DNA of 64,000 bases, taken from contig OU015569.1 in the NCBI GenBank assembly GCA_907165135.1, positions 1,302,001 through 1,366,000 of the forward strand, written 5' to 3'. Of this stretch, positions 24,104-37,769 are shown piece after piece. The stretch comes from Oikopleura dioica. Taxonomy: Eukaryota; Animalia; Chordata. The translations under genes and the position numbers were made by a program. How positions within the stretch are numbered: the first letter of the stretch is position 1; every line of letters begins with the position of its first letter. A model generated the notes under the pieces. That model was not told the origin of the DNA and searched no databases. It worked only from the letters and a program-made list of their open reading frames with translations.

Positions 24104-25324
24104 CTAGACAACATCCCAAACGTACTGAGGTATCGAATACTGAAAGAGCTCGAAATCGAGCTGGTACGTGTAGTAGAGCCGTTCCAGTCCTTCTTTTGTT
24201 AATCCAGTGAAGTACTTTTTAATCTGATCTGTGTCTGTTGCCTTTCTGTAGTAAGGATACTCCACAACAGAAGAGAGATTAACATCAGCCAGCATGAAAG
24301 CAGCGTCCTCAACGATGGACTCGACTTTTCCGATAAAGTTCCAGTCGACATCGCAAACGCGGCAAATGTCGAAAAAGCGGGTCCAATGACGAACTCGGAT
24401 TCCAAAGTCACCCTTGGCTCCTACTTCTGGTCCTCGAGCACTGAAAGGTTGCAAAAGACTCCTTCGACAAAAATCTACCTCAAATAAGCGACGAAGCGGT
24501 GGAAGGACTCGACGTCGTAGTCAATGAATTTGTCGATTTCATTGCGCTTTTGAAGAAAGGAATACGTTCGTCTGCCTGTTCGGATTTTTTATCGAGCTTA
24601 TTTTTTCAAAACATTTGGCTGGGATGAAAACCCGTTCCTATTCCACCGCGAAACTCGTCAAAAGCTTTGTCTCTGTAGGCAGAAAGGACTCTTTCTATTG
24701 GATCGCGAACAACTGTAAAAGTGTAGTAGCTCTTCAGCATTTGCAGTCTCTCTTCTACAGGATAATCCGTCAAGTACTGAATAAATATCTCAAATACCAA
24801 CGCTAAGAGGGCTGTCAGTACTGTTAGATTGTAGTGTTCTAGTTTTCTGGGCTTTCGGATCGCGAGAACATTTCTGATGTCTTGGAATCGCGGATCGGTG
24901 AGCTTGATTAATACTCGTTTCCAGTTACTGCTTCCTACTTTTGGCAATTCGCAGTACATGAGTTTGTTGCCTTCGTCGACTATCATCGGGAACTCTTTTT
25001 GTGGAGGCTAATTCGGAAATTCCTCGCTTTCATTTTTATTTAAAAAAACTGAGTTGTGAGTATTTTAGCCGTTCCTATTTCTTGCCCCGACTTCCAAATT
25101 TGCTCAAGAGACGGCCTCTTGCCCTTGATTTTCGCACATCTGTCCTTGATGTTCTGCAATCTCTGTTCGTAGATAATTTTCTTCTGCTCGTCCGGGATTA
25201 TCTGAAGCAACTGCCATTCCTCCGGAGCCGCTCGGTGAAGCAGATGCTCGGTGGAGAACCACGCCACGCAAGTCAGAAAGATCACGCACAGAATCACAAA
25301 ATCTAGCTGAAATTTCTCCGACAT
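24104..25324 (-). CDS. Carbohydrate sulfotransferase, CHST11/12/13-like (Sulfotransfer_2)
   Basis: N-terminal TM anchor (FVILCVIFLTCVAWF), LMYCELPKVGSSNWKRVL, FTVVRDPIERVLSAYRDK, HWTRFFDICRVCDVDWNFIGKVESIVED, YQLDFELFQY. Confidence 0.92.
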
Positions 25325-25529
25325 CCCCGTCTCTACCGCCTTCTACAAGGTCATCTCTCCACCTTTCCGGATCAAAGTTTCTTGCGCTCTGCCCGGCTGA
25401 CCGCGCCGCCGGGCGAACAGCGTTCCATCCTCCTCCTCGCTAAGTGCGCACAATTCTGTACTTGAAAAAAGTCTGAAACTCAACTCGATTCAGAAGAATT
25501 CAGACAAGAATCTGATACTACTGTATTCC

Positions 25530-26400
25530 ACTTCATCTCTTACAAAAACCGTAAAAGCTAAAACTCACTACACAACAACCGCAGCTACAATAATAAAAAG
25601 ACAACAAAAGATAGAAAGAGGAAATTGATTTTATTCAGGTGAACATGTGCGATTGCAAGCTTTTTGCTTTCGATGTCGCTCGCTTTCCAAGGCGAATGCC
25701 TTTGGGAGAGTCTTGCGAAGACTTTCACGTCTTCGCTTCGTAGCACGCAAGCTCGATTGCTTGAATAGCGACTCCATTTTCAGGAGTCCTGCGCTTCGTG
25801 GTGCTTTAACTCGCAATTCTAAAAATAAAATTAAGTCGAGACTCGCCTCAAATTTTCTCTGAAAAGAGAAGCCCTTGATGCTTATAAGTTATAACAATAA
25901 AATTTATAAAATAATTTAAAAAAAATCTCTTCAAAAAAGCAATTTACCTCTGTTTTTGCCGCTTCGGACCGGGTAGTACCCGGTAAGATTGGGAACTGAC
26001 AGAAATTCGATTTTAGCCCTAACAACAACTTCGGCTCTAGAGACTTTTTCGTTGAAATCTCCAAAACAACTCGCCAACAAAGGGGTCGAAAATATTCACG
26101 TTTCTGTTGATTCTGAGAGTTCTGACGGTTGAAAATCTTTGATTTTTGGACAACTTGTGGAGAAGACAATAAGAATTTCGAATATCTAATTAATTAAAAA
26201 AATTATCGGTGAATTTTTGAATGAGAGCCAAATTAAAGTTTAAAATCGCTCTCCTTCAAAATTTCACCGATGAATTATAAAACAAACTAGATTTTTGAAT
26301 TCCTTATTAAATTCTACATAAGTCTGCCAAAAATCAAGGAATTTCATCGGTTAGATCTTCCAAAATTGAAAAAAAAATAGTCAAATTTTTGACTTTTTTC
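25530..26400 (-). repeat. Dispersed repeat with mini-gene anatomy; inverted homolog of about 39190-39990
   Basis: 25900-26395 is the reverse complement of about 39190-39640 with high identity; followed by a GT donor, a variable exon and the CCTGAATAAAATCAATTT cassette. Confidence 0.8.
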
Positions 26401-26465
26401 TCAAAAGTCAGTTTGAGTTTTCTTCCAAAGGATCAGTGCATATTGAGATAATAAGTCGATAACGG

Positions 26466-26717
26466 CAGGTACTGAAAATGTCACGAATGTCACGAGTTGG
26501 CTGAAAATGTCACGATATTCGAAAAATTGACTTCCATAATTTTTCGAATTAAGCACTCTAACGGTCCTTCTTTGTGCATTTTCTGGTAGATAACTCATTG
26601 TTTTGGCGGAGCCCAACTCTTACTGCACGCAAAACTCAAATTTTTCGGACCCTCTTACTGACGATGTCACGAAAAAAGTGGTCATTTTCGTGACATTCGT
26701 GACATTTTCAGTGCCGG
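26466..26717. mobile_element. MITE (about 250 bp)
   Basis: TIR (ca/cc)gg(t/c)actgaaaatgtcacgaatgtcacga; internal ATGTCACGA repeats; TSD only partial (GATAAC). Confidence 0.75.
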
Positions 26718-27739
26718 TGATAACTTTCCATATAGACGTGATTTTGATATCAGCGTGATTTTTTCCAGTCTTCGTTACTGGCTTAATTTGATCCGAAAAG
26801 GTGGAGTTTTCTCAGGTTGAAAATGTTGGTTGCGAGCGGAGCGTGCGATCTTTTGTTATTCCTTCCAATATTCATGAGATGACTGCTAGAGCGAGGCTAT
26901 TTTTTCCACAGGGGCTGTTTCAAATTGCCGTTCAACGAAATTCGCAATATTTTTTTAGAGATGTAACTTTCAACTTCCAAGAAGATTTTACATTGAAATT
27001 TTCAAAAGACAGAAAAAGGAAAAAAGCGGCGGAATTGGAAAGGTATGTTTCTCAAACAATGAAGCTTTTCGTTTGAGAGCAGAGTTCGTCGATGCTTTTA
27101 AATCCTACGCTTGGTAGTGAGATCGTGTCTGTAGTTGGTGCTGAGTTTGTTTTGTTTGTAGTTTGGTTTCTAAAATTGACTCTAGCTCAGTGAATTAAAA
27201 GGGCGCGCTCTGATCTGAGTAACATTTGCACTCGCGCGTATCCCCTAGCAACGTGCTACTTTTTAAATTTCGAGCGATTTAGGCACACACCCGTCGGCAA
27301 GTGGAATTATATTATTGCAGTGGCGACTAGAACTGGCCAAAAACAAAGCGGGAACAAAGAAGAGCTCGGCGCGCTCGATCCAACCAAAGCGATGCCATTC
27401 CCGACCAAGCCCAGGAAGCACAGAGAACTCGGCGGGGCACTGGAGCGCTTCTTAGGTAACATTCTCACTTTATCGCACTGTAAATATGATGCGAGTAGGA
27501 ATTGCTTGACCACTTGTCGCTCAGTTGACAATTATTGCACTTTAGAGAATCGAGAGAAGTAAGAAACTAAACTTTTTAAGACATTGGATTTTTTCCTAGA
27601 GAAAATACTTCAATTAAGAAATATAAAAGATCAATTATCTTGCTTATAAACTAATGGCTCTGATTAATTCTTTGATCCCGAGTATAATTCGCACTGTGAA
27701 GATGGCTTAAGACATTTGTTCAGTTGATCTGTATGGAAG

Positions 27740-27934
27740 TCAAGCAACACCGACGTCATCTATTGATCTTGAGCGGCTAGAATCGCCGTACTTAAACAAA
27801 GCTTTTGAGCAAAGTTCAATGTCGTCCAGGTCGTCCAACTGCTCGAAAATCTCGAAAACGAGTTCCAGGAACTCGTCGAGGAGGTCCTCCCGCGCCGCTT
27901 CGGTTGCCTCCTCTAAATCACTCAACTCGACCAT
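27740..27934 (-). CDS. Small acidic hypothetical protein
   Basis: 64-aa ATG ORF, amphipathic and acidic; divergent from the DCDC1-like gene. Confidence 0.3.
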   Translation of the reverse strand: MVELSDLEEATEAAREDLLDEFLELVFEIFEQLDDLDDIELCSKALFKYGDSSRSRSIDDVGVA

Positions 27935-27981
27935 TTTGTCAGGTTAGAATTTAAATTAGAGACAGGAGAGAGGAGCAACGG

Positions 27982-30900
27982 ATGATTCGATTGATAGGAC
28001 CCAAAGATAGCGCCTTTCTTAACTTGTGTAAACTAACTACAATTTTTGAATAGACACCACGCTGTTGCCGGACTCGATCATTTCCTCTTCAAGTACAATA
28101 GATCGTTTGCGCCCGTATTCTGCCCAGGAAAGAGAATGAAAATGTTGTTTAGCCGACAATATAGCTTTTTCCTTTAAAAAATGTTTGAATTTCACAATTT
28201 TACTATAAATACATCGAAATTGAGCATTCTGATAATAACCGTCATCTCAAATTAGAACCGATCTCGAATCTCGCGGCCGACTTCCGGGAGACGACCGTAC
28301 TCGGCAGGTGGAAGGAAAACCCCTCTGTACATGCGATCAACCGCTACTGGCATTCGATGCACTGTCGTCAAGAGTGACGATCGCTCCCGCTTCGCCACAC
28401 TTTGCGTGTCTAGCATGCTGCAGTTGCTTGATGAAGCCACCCAGAAGCTGAAGATGACGCTTCCTGCTCGGCACGCCTTCCTCGGCGACGGTAGCGAGGT
28501 CAAATCGGTGCTGGAGATTCCCCGTGACGAGCCGGTCTTTGTGACGAGCTCGGCAAAATCTGCGAATCCAAAGAAAGCAGCACGCATTGCCAAAAACCAA
28601 GTCGAGGCAACAAAACGCTTATCGGGCTATAACAGCAAAACGAAAGTTCGAGTGTGCGCCAACGGCTCGGGACGTGTCACTTATGTCCTTGTCAGCAAAT
28701 CTCAGTTCCAGCCGGAAAGTATGGCTCCCGACGCCCTCGAAAAGCTTTTTGTCGACGTCCAATCTAGCCTGAACCTGCCGGTGAAAGTAAAAGCGCTCTA
28801 CAAGTGGAACGGAAAGAGGATTAAATCACCGCATGAAGTGCTGGAAAGCCAGGAGCCTCTTTGGGCAACAACTGGGGCTGATGCTTTTCTGTCTATCGGC
28901 CCCTTGCAGTGGTACAGATGCTGTCTCAAGAAAGTCGATAACGAAATAAAAGAAAAGGACGAAGAAGACCAGCTCCTAAAAAAGAAAAGAAGAGCACTTA
29001 TTGACAGAATTAAAAAGCTTGAAACAAGGAGTAATGAAGAAGAGGAACGAGGTGCCGATCATCGTCTCAAGAATATTCCAGGAAAGGGTTCAAGATAAAA
29101 TGATTTTCCATAGATTGTTATTGACAGTAGTCTGCTTGAAAATTAAGTTGTCTTGACCCTCGATAAAGTTGTACATAAAGATCATCGTCTAGTTAGCTCT
29201 TCAAGTTCCTTCAAGCTGCGAATCTATGAAAACGGCGCAGAAGACATTCTCCTCGTTGTTGTTGTCAATTTTGACCAGTTGCACAAAGAAGGAACCAGAT
29301 GCCCTGAAAATGATGGCTTGCAGCTTCTGATGCAAAATATTTCGGATAAACTCTACGAATCAAAACAGAAGCGATACAAAATAAAGAAGCTTTTCAATTC
29401 CCAAGGAATTCGACTGACAGAACTGGAAGAGATCGAAAAAGACATGGAAATCTGGATCTCAGATGGAGAGCCTTTCATCACCGCCGAAACTGAAAAGATC
29501 GTGCTTGATGTTCAGCAAGTTCGAGCACTTGACGAAGATGGCGAGCTTTATTTGCTGGAAGAAGGCAGAATTCAAGATCCAAAGGAGGAGCTTCCGAACG
29601 CCTCGATCAAGAACTGGACACCAGTCAAAGGTGTCGACTTTTATGACTTCGAAGATCTGGAAAGCAAGGCTGATGTGGCACCTGATATCAGACATAAGAT
29701 TCAGCAACAGGAGAGGAGACATTTTTTTAGAGTAAAAAACTTAAATAATAAAAGCTTGATTCAAATCATTATTTAGTTTATTAAGATCATCTCCTATTAG
29801 GAAGAAGCTGTGAATGCCGAAAATACATTCTTGCGTCACGAAAACGCTTTATTGAGCTGTCACGTGACTGTCCGAGAAAGTGTGCCCATTTGGCCTCAAA
29901 AAGCTAACCTCTGGCGAGTGCGACCAAGCACGCCAATAAACGGCACCTTCCGCGGGAACGTTTTCGTCATTCTCGCGTTCAACTCACCTAAACTCGCCTT
30001 GACGATCAACGGAGATCACTCAGTGACCTTGAAATACATCAGCGAAGAAGACGATGATCCTTGTCAGGAAGGTGCTCATTACTGTTAGTTTCAGGCGTTT
30101 TTTCATAGCTGAGCAAATATTAGACCTGGATTTTCACGTCGACGGGGCGCATCAAGAATCTATTCACTGGTGACAAGGTAACTTATTCAGTTATATACAT
30201 AAAGAATAACTTCGAGCAAAATTAAATCAAAACAATTATTTCAAAAAAATATTTAGTGTCTATCTAAAACCGACTCCGGCGCGTTAATGATGCTTGAGCC
30301 TGGGGAAGTGTCGAAGAGCTACCAGACTTGGGCAATCCAAGAACCTCAAGGCTCCTCAACTCAGTGGGACAAAACAGGCAACGCATTCTATCGACGAAAA
30401 GCGCTCTGCTGGCCCATCTCCTCTCACGAACAGATGTGTCAGTACCGCTGGCCAGTTGTTGGGGAATTATTTACAAACGTACACTACAAGAAAATCAAGG
30501 AAGAGAGCGAAAACTACTCGGACGCAGAAGAAAAGCGCATTCGTGTGATTTTGAACGAAAACCACAACGAGTCCAAATGGCTCACTATCAGACCTGATAC
30601 GAATCTCCACAGCTTCTTTACTGCCGAAATGGAACTAAAAAGACCTGTTCGAAGAATATGGCCTCTGGATGGCACTCAAAGCGATCTTGTCAGTAAATAC
30701 GATCAAGTTGAATCGCGAAGTACTCTCGTCTTGTGCACAAGGAATATTCCCAAGAAGATGAGTGCAGAAGCGCTTGAAGCTAATCTTAGCAGGTAAACCG
30801 CAACCAAAATGTATCAAAGTCTTATCATTCTGATTAAAGTCTGCGGTACGACAAGAATCTGATCAAAAAGTTCATCGAGACTCGGGATATTCTTGGAAAG

Positions 30901-32443
30901 GAGATGTTCGTCACGGCGGACCGGGTTAAAAATGGAAGTGCAGTTGTCCTGAAGCCAAAGAATCGCCAGTTTCATGAGCGTCTTTCATTTGAGGAAAAAG
31001 AGAGGAAGAATGCCGCGCGCTGGAATGATGGTGAAGTAGAAACGGTCGAAGAAGAGCCAGAAATCAGCAATCAACAGTTTTTGATGGAAAGAAGCGGCCA
31101 CATTGTTGCCAAGCAAAACAGGAAGCTCGTGCTGGCGACAGAAAAGGGCAGAAAAGTAGAACGAGGCTTGCAGGTCATTATGCAGGCAAAATCGTCGGAC
31201 GAAGCGGGGCAGATTTGGGAACGTCACGGCGCTGCTATTCGCAATGTCGTCAATCCTGATCTCGTCTTGACCGCTGTGAACAACCGACTGGTTCTAGATA
31301 AGAAGGCGAAAAACGATTTTGGCTCGATCCACCAGAAATTCGAATTCGACAAGAACGGAGGGATCCGAGTAGCAGTTGGAGACAGCAAAGAGCTCGACCT
31401 CACCGCGGCGGTTAATACTGGAATTTGTACGTATTGCATTTGTGCAAATGAGGAGCTCCAGCAGTTTGGATATTTAGAAGGTAAACCTTTCATTGCATAA
31501 AAAATGTTAAACAAATTTAGACGGAATGCATTTCTGCCAAATTTGCGCTCCGCTCGTTCCAGGAGTTCCTTCTTCGCAGCGAATGAAAGTGAACCGCGCT
31601 TTCTTGTGTTCGATGGGCGAGGCTGAACTGAACCAGCATTCGCTGAGGATTTCGCCTTTTCGCTACATCAACAGACCTCGTTTGGACGGAGAAAATGCGC
31701 TAAAGGCGCTGCAAGAAGTCTCCGATCTCCTCAAACAAGCCGAAGATCAAGTCAGCACAGATACCGGCAATATTAAGCTGAAATTGTACCGGAACCACAC
31801 TTCTGAAAGCAACCTGACTGTAGTTGCGCGCTCACTCGATGCTGTTCGGCTTCTTGGAGAAAGACACTTTTCGTTCATTGTCAAAAGAATGTACTTTTCA
31901 AACGGAAAATGCATTTTCGACTGGGCTCAAGTAATTGTTCCTCATCTAGCCATATTATTCTTTATAAAATCTAGATAAAACGAGCAGCTGAAAAATGTGA
32001 GCTCGTAGAAGTGTGGCTGAGTGCAGGCGCGCCATTTTCAAAGACGTCAACGACTGAAAACACGACCGAGTTCTTGAAAATCACCGAAACCTCCGACCTC
32101 TATTCGCAAGGCAGTAGTTGGAAGAGGGTGGCAGTTACGCTAGACAAGAAGTCCTCGAATAGCGCGACTGTTATTCTTCAGGGAAGGAATATGTTGGAAC
32201 TCATGAACTCTGCGACGCAGCTCTTGAAAACTAATTATCCAGGTAAAGTTTCTCTCAATGAAGATTTACGCTTTGATCTGAGCTTGATGCAATTTTTCAG
32301 TGGAAGCTCTCATCGCCGAGGACGGACGAGTTTTTTCGGCGGACGAAGATTTCGAAAATCTTCCAGAGTCGAAGAGCGTCAAAGAAGCACGCGAATCGAA
32401 CATCCTAGAAGTCAAATACAAATTCAGTAACAAAGACCTTTGA
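27982..32443 (+). CDS. Doublecortin-domain protein, DCDC1-like (several DCX-like repeats plus ricin-B-like segments)
   Basis: KVRVCANG..VKALYKWNGKRIKS..PLWATTGADAF; KLRIYENG..IKKLFNSQGIRLTELEEIEKDMEIWISDGEPF; GHIVAKQNRKLVLA / IRNVVNPDLVLTA; many canonical short introns. Start uncertain. Confidence 0.75.
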
Positions 32444-35062
32444 AAAACCCTTTCTTGACGATGCTTTAGAACTCGACCCTTCGGAACGAAAGACTTCGCG
32501 AAATCACGAACTCAACAAGAAGAAATGACAATTTTATCAAAGAGAAGAAAATGTACATATCTATCCTTTTTGCACAGATTATGACTCTCCTTGAACTTTT
32601 ATTTTTGCAATTCCAAGCCTTTTTTACTTGAATAAATTTTATATTTCTACGGATTTCCGACTTTGAAATTGCACCTTCTCTTCTATGATTTCAACTTTTC
32701 TTTTCGAGTTTTTTTTTCTGCGAATAATGACGAGTTCAAGCACTTATTTTTGCATGCCTTTTGCTTTCCAAATCGAAATTTTACGGTTTGGAGCTCGCAT
32801 CTAAAATGGTAATAATTCTGACGTCAAATTTTTTTGCCCGAGGCGAGTTCGGCCGCAAACACGTGCTTATGTAACCTTTCACTAGTGTGACTAAAACTAG
32901 CTGAAAGCTAAATTGGAATGCTCTACGTCGCTTTCAGTATAGAATTTCTTCCAGAAAATAGGTCCTGGGAGGGCATTTGCAAATGTATTTAGATTCCTTT
33001 TCATGTGATCGTGCTATATTTCTGTTTTTTCTTTTTGCCGAGGAAAGGTTTTATGGCAATTTGCCTGTTAGGTTACTCTAGTCATTTTCTTTTTCTGCTG
33101 AGCCCGAATGAGAGTTATTTCGGAACACTCGAACAGCAAAATTCAAGATCCTAAATTAGTTTGCTTCGGATTTATAAAAGCACAACTATGTCTAGTACAG
33201 TACTCACCCGGCGCCAGGCGATATTCTGCAAGAGATAAAAAGGTAAGTCCTTTTTAATCAACTTTGCCAATTTCAATTTTCAAGGTCAATTATCGAGATT
33301 CAATAAAAAGTCACTTACTAGCAGCCTCTTTTGCTACTCAATAATTTACTCAAAAAAATCTGCAAAAAAATATTTTTATTGAAACTATAAGTTTGCCTCT
33401 TTAGCAGCCTCGAATTCTCAAAGGACCCTAATTTGAGAGCAACTTCCTCTGTTTGCGGGAAAAATGATTACGTTTTTGAACTAGTATTGAGAAGAAAGGG
33501 TAGATAAGAAGAACTAGAAATAGAGAATGTTTTCTTGTACTTGGATTTGTGTAAAACTTGGTTTATGGTGACGATCTCGAAGGGCCGTCCCTGACAAATT
33601 GAAGTTTGCAGAGACATGAAATGGGCCGACGCTAAATAAACTGAGTTAAAAGGGAGTTATGGTGGCAAATCTGAGCATTTGGCGGCGCAGTTAGTCTTTA
33701 CGAGAGATAATCCAGCAGATGTTGCCAGACAAGTGAAAACCCAAAACGCAAGAAGAAGAAAACCAAGAAATCAAGGAAGACTCTCTTCTTATCTCAAAAG
33801 CCGCAACCATGTGTAAGTAGTACTAACTAACATAAACAAATTTGCTTTTGCGATTCTGGCGATTATGAGTTCTGATTTTTTCTTCCAAAAAGATAGCTTC
33901 AAAAAAAGCTTGATTTAAATAAGATTTTGAAAAGTAGAAAAAAGCTGGAGTTATTTACTGGGCGAAAATAAACTGTAGTTTCTTGAGCAGATTGTAAAAG
34001 ATGTCGATCTTGAAGTGTGCGTTGCGCTTTTGAGTGGAAAGCAGCATGTTCCAAGGCGTCTTTTTCATTCAAGTGAAAGAGAAGGAAAAGTATCTTTATA
34101 GATTTTTTCGCTGGCTCAGCGCTTCTAGCTATTCGTTCATGAATTTCCTGACTCAGGACTAGTGGAAGCTTCTTTGTTGACTTACCCGTCAGATCCGTGC
34201 AGAGCCACTTCCCAAGCTAAAAATATGCTTATCGAGTTTTAATCGCTTGTGCATACTGACCCATTTTTCTGGATGATGAAATCACCAAGCGTTTTTTAAA
34301 GAACAGAATTTAATTTATGATAGTTTTGCTTACCCTTACCCTAACCCTAAGCCGACGCTAACCCTAACTTGAAAAAGAAGTAGAATTTAGAAGAAACTCT
34401 TCAAGAATTTGAATTCTTATAGCGCCAAGACCAATCGAAGACGGTGTCATTAAAAGTGATTAATTAGCGCTAATTATTTATACTTCCATCTCATTTTCCA
34501 ATAAGAAAAATTTTGCTCAAACAAAGAATTCGCGGAGACCTTATAAAAGGCGATTTATGGAGCTTACGGTGCCCCGCGTTTTCTTCTTTTGCCCAATGTT
34601 GACCACTTCCGAGAGAGGTGAATTCCATTTTTCCGAAAAAGCAGAATCGATTTCGCCGCCAGAATCGTAGAGAACCGCGATGAGGTCGATTTCAGGGTAC
34701 ATGCCGAAGAAGGACTCGCTCGTGCTGGAGACGATCATCGCCGCCACCGGGGGCGTCGGCTTCCATCAGGAAAACGTTCAAAAGAGCCTTAAACCACACC
34801 TAACGTCCTTATCTCCGCGCTGTCAAATAAGACACTCTTTAAAATTTAAGGCTTGAATCACACAGCTTGCGCAAAATTGCTCTAATGAGTGGCCATCAAA
34901 TGGCAAACAAATGATGACGCCAAAATCGCGAGAAGTCCTTGTTGTTTTCCTTGCCGCGTCAATTTTTTGCGCACTGTGTGAAGTTTAGATTCTTTTACGT
35001 GATTTCCGATAATTATCAAAGTTTCTTAATAATAATATCGTAAACAAAATTGTTGGTAAAAA

Positions 35063-37149
35063 ATGACCAAAATGATAGATAAATCAGTTTTACACCTTTT
35101 TGAACGGGTAGTTTGGTACCGGACACTATTGCTGCTTATGATTCCGCTTATCAGTCTCACTGGTCTCTGGCAGCTACCCGTGTTTTTCGGTGCACGGCAG
35201 CCTCACGAGTGTGTCGACGGGAAACCCGTGATGCTTCCTCTGAATGATACTGACTGCGCAATGGAGAACACCTATCTCACCGAGTTCGAGCTCTATTGCG
35301 ACAAAGCGGACATAGGACCTTGGCTTCAATCAGCCGCGAATCTAGGCGGCATGGCTGGGCATATGCTCTGGGGCCTCTGCCAGGACGCATTTGGCAGAAG
35401 AAAGACCTACATTGTCACTGGTTTTCTTACCTTCGCTTTCGCCCTGTCGATCGTCTTCGTCAAAGATCACGTGACTTTCATTATTCTCCGCGCCTTATTC
35501 GGCGTTGCGGCAAATGGAATGGGCTCGTATACTCTTCCGCTGGAACTGGTCTCTTCTGAGAAACGCTGGATCGTCGGATTGTTTATGGGAACAGGCTGGG
35601 GACTGGGCACTTTCTGGCATCTCTTCTCAGTCTGGGCAAATAAAGACTGGAGATATGCCATGGTCATCCAGGTTAAGAAATTTATTATGATATTATTAAG
35701 ACCATCTCATCGAATAAGAGAAAAAGTCAATCAATTTTAAGATTTTGCCTCTTGGTGTTGTGATATTTTACGTTTGGTGGCTGCCGGAATCGCCAAGATG
35801 GCTTGTACAAAAAGGAAGAAGAGATGACGCAATCATTGGTACTCATTTTTCGCCGAAAATTATTCGCTTAGAAGTAATTTTTTAGTTCTGAAAGATATGG
35901 CGTCAGTGAATGGACACAACATAGACGTAGAAATTGACACTTTGGAGAACTTGGAAGGCGAGTACGAGAAGAAGAAGCAAACTCGCTTCAATTTCATGAA
36001 AATGTTTGATTCGACGATTATTTTGCAGCGCTTTGCGATGGTCTCTTTTATCCACTTGGTCGGCACGACGCTCTGGTACACAATCATCCTCAGCGTTGCC
36101 AGCATCGGCACCTGTGTCTTCACAACCTATTTCATCTTCGGCATCATTGAAGGACCCCTTAGTAGGGTAAATCACAAATAATTCGCCATTTTCTGGGCTT
36201 AGTAAGGGGGACATATAATACATTTTAGAAAGCCCAAGACCTGGGGATCATTTTGACTATTGATACCAGGGGTGATCTCGTACCCTGAGGGCATAAAGGT
36301 ACCTCCGAAGTCAGAAAATCTGGCCACTTTCGGGCGGCCGAAAATTCGAATTTCCGAAAGTGGCCAGATTTTCTGACTTCGGAGGTACCTTTATGCCCTC
36401 AGGGTACGAGATCACCCCTGGTATCAATAGTCAAAATGATCCCCAGGTCCTGCGCTTTCTATAAATGTATTATATGTCCCCCTTACTAAGCCCAGAAAAA
36501 GGCGAATTATTAGTGATTTACCCTACCCCTTAGGCTTTGTACCCAGGGCATCGTTCTCAAATACGCGCGAAGAAAAGGAATCGCTGCTGGCATCGGTGGC
36601 GCTGCTTTTTTCATGTTTATCAGGTGCATTTGAACGTGACAAACTCTAGGAACCTTTTTGATTTTTTAGCCAAATGGTGAAAATGAAATCTGATGAGCTC
36701 AACTTTGATCAAGATACTCTCGCGATCGTGGTTCTCAGCACCGGGTAAGGACACTTCAACTCTTGACTCTTGGAAACATACGATTTCAGACTAATCGCCA
36801 AATGTTTGTCCACATTTTACTGGCCCTTTATCGAAACTTACAATTCCGAGATTACGCCTACAGTGATTCGAGACAGTGTTTTCGGACTGACAAGGTTTGA
36901 AATGTTAAAAACGCCGTATCTCGATGTTTGTTGTTTAGTACTATTGCTGGCTTCGGTGGCTTTCTGGTGCCGTTTCTGCTAGACAAGTTTGGCGAGACCC
37001 ACGTGATCAGCATATCAATCATATCGATGCTGGTTTCTCAGATGATTTGGACGCTGCCTGCTTCGCTCAACAAGCCTTTACCTAACTCGATCGAGGAAGC
37101 GGAGACAATGACAGACCCAGAAAACAGCAAATGCTGCGTGACGCTTTAG
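35063..37149 (+). CDS. SLC22/MFS organic cation-anion transporter, with a MITE inserted in an exon
   Basis: TEFELYCDK, WGLCQDAFGRRKT, LPLELVSSEKR, WWLPESPRWL, YNSEITPTVIRD; reading frame intact on both sides of the insertion at 36163-36525. Confidence 0.88.
36163..36525. mobile_element. Palindromic hAT-like MITE (363 bp) inside an SLC22 exon
   Basis: About 171-bp near-perfect inverted arms starting TAGGGTAAATCAC with a 20-nt spacer; perfect 8-bp TSD CCCCTTAG (36155-36162, 36526-36533). Confidence 0.95.
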
Positions 37150-37483
37150 CCACTTCTCGATTCTTCAATTTCGCTTATTTTATTCAGTCAAGCCTACAAC
37201 AACACTCTTCCAACCTGTGCCATACACACTCAATAGAATACCTACTAGCGTTTTGCAGTTTTAAACAGCCAGTTTCTCTTTCTTCGGTTCACAAAGTCGG
37301 AGCGCCGGGAAGCGACGCTCCCAAGGCGTGTCTGGGATGATCACTTATGTCAGAGTTATTCAAGGAATCAAAATAGATGATGCACCTCGTCCTCATTTCG
37401 AATCGGTTCCCAGCTCTCGACGTAGCTCTTTTTCTAGGCCGCGATCAAGTCATAGTCTGAGAACTTGGAAACAAGGCGCAACC

Positions 37484-37736
37484 CTGGGCTCGGCACCTGA
37501 GTAGAAAACCTGAGTCAGGCTCTGGAAGAGCAAAATGAAAAGCCGCGTAGCGGCTTTTAAAAACGAAGCCGCGAAGCGGCTTCGCCAGGAGTTTAAAGAA
37601 AATTTATATGGATTATTTGCGAAGCCGCTTCGCTGCTTCGTTTTTAAAAGCCGCTACGCGGTTTTTCATTTTAGCTCTTCCAGAGCCTGACTCAGGTTTT
37701 CTACTCAGGACCTGAGTCTCAGGTTGCCGAGCCCAG
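37484..37736. mobile_element. MITE, CTGGGCTCGGCA family (complete copy)
   Basis: TIR CTGGGCTCGGCA; 8-bp TSD GCGCAACC (37476-37483, 37737-37744); internal AAGCCGC/GCGGCTT palindromes. Confidence 0.92.
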
Positions 37737-37769
37737 GCGCAACCTGAGATCTTTAAGCCTTCACACTCC

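Noticed and set aside
34331-34368. CCCTAA telomere-like repeats
   Set aside because: Only about four interrupted units; too short to call an interstitial telomere.
32900-34800. Exon-like fragments with GTAAG donors (near 33243, 33813 and 34550 on the minus strand)
   Set aside because: Could not be assembled into a coherent frame or family; there may be an unannotated gene, but it is unsupported.
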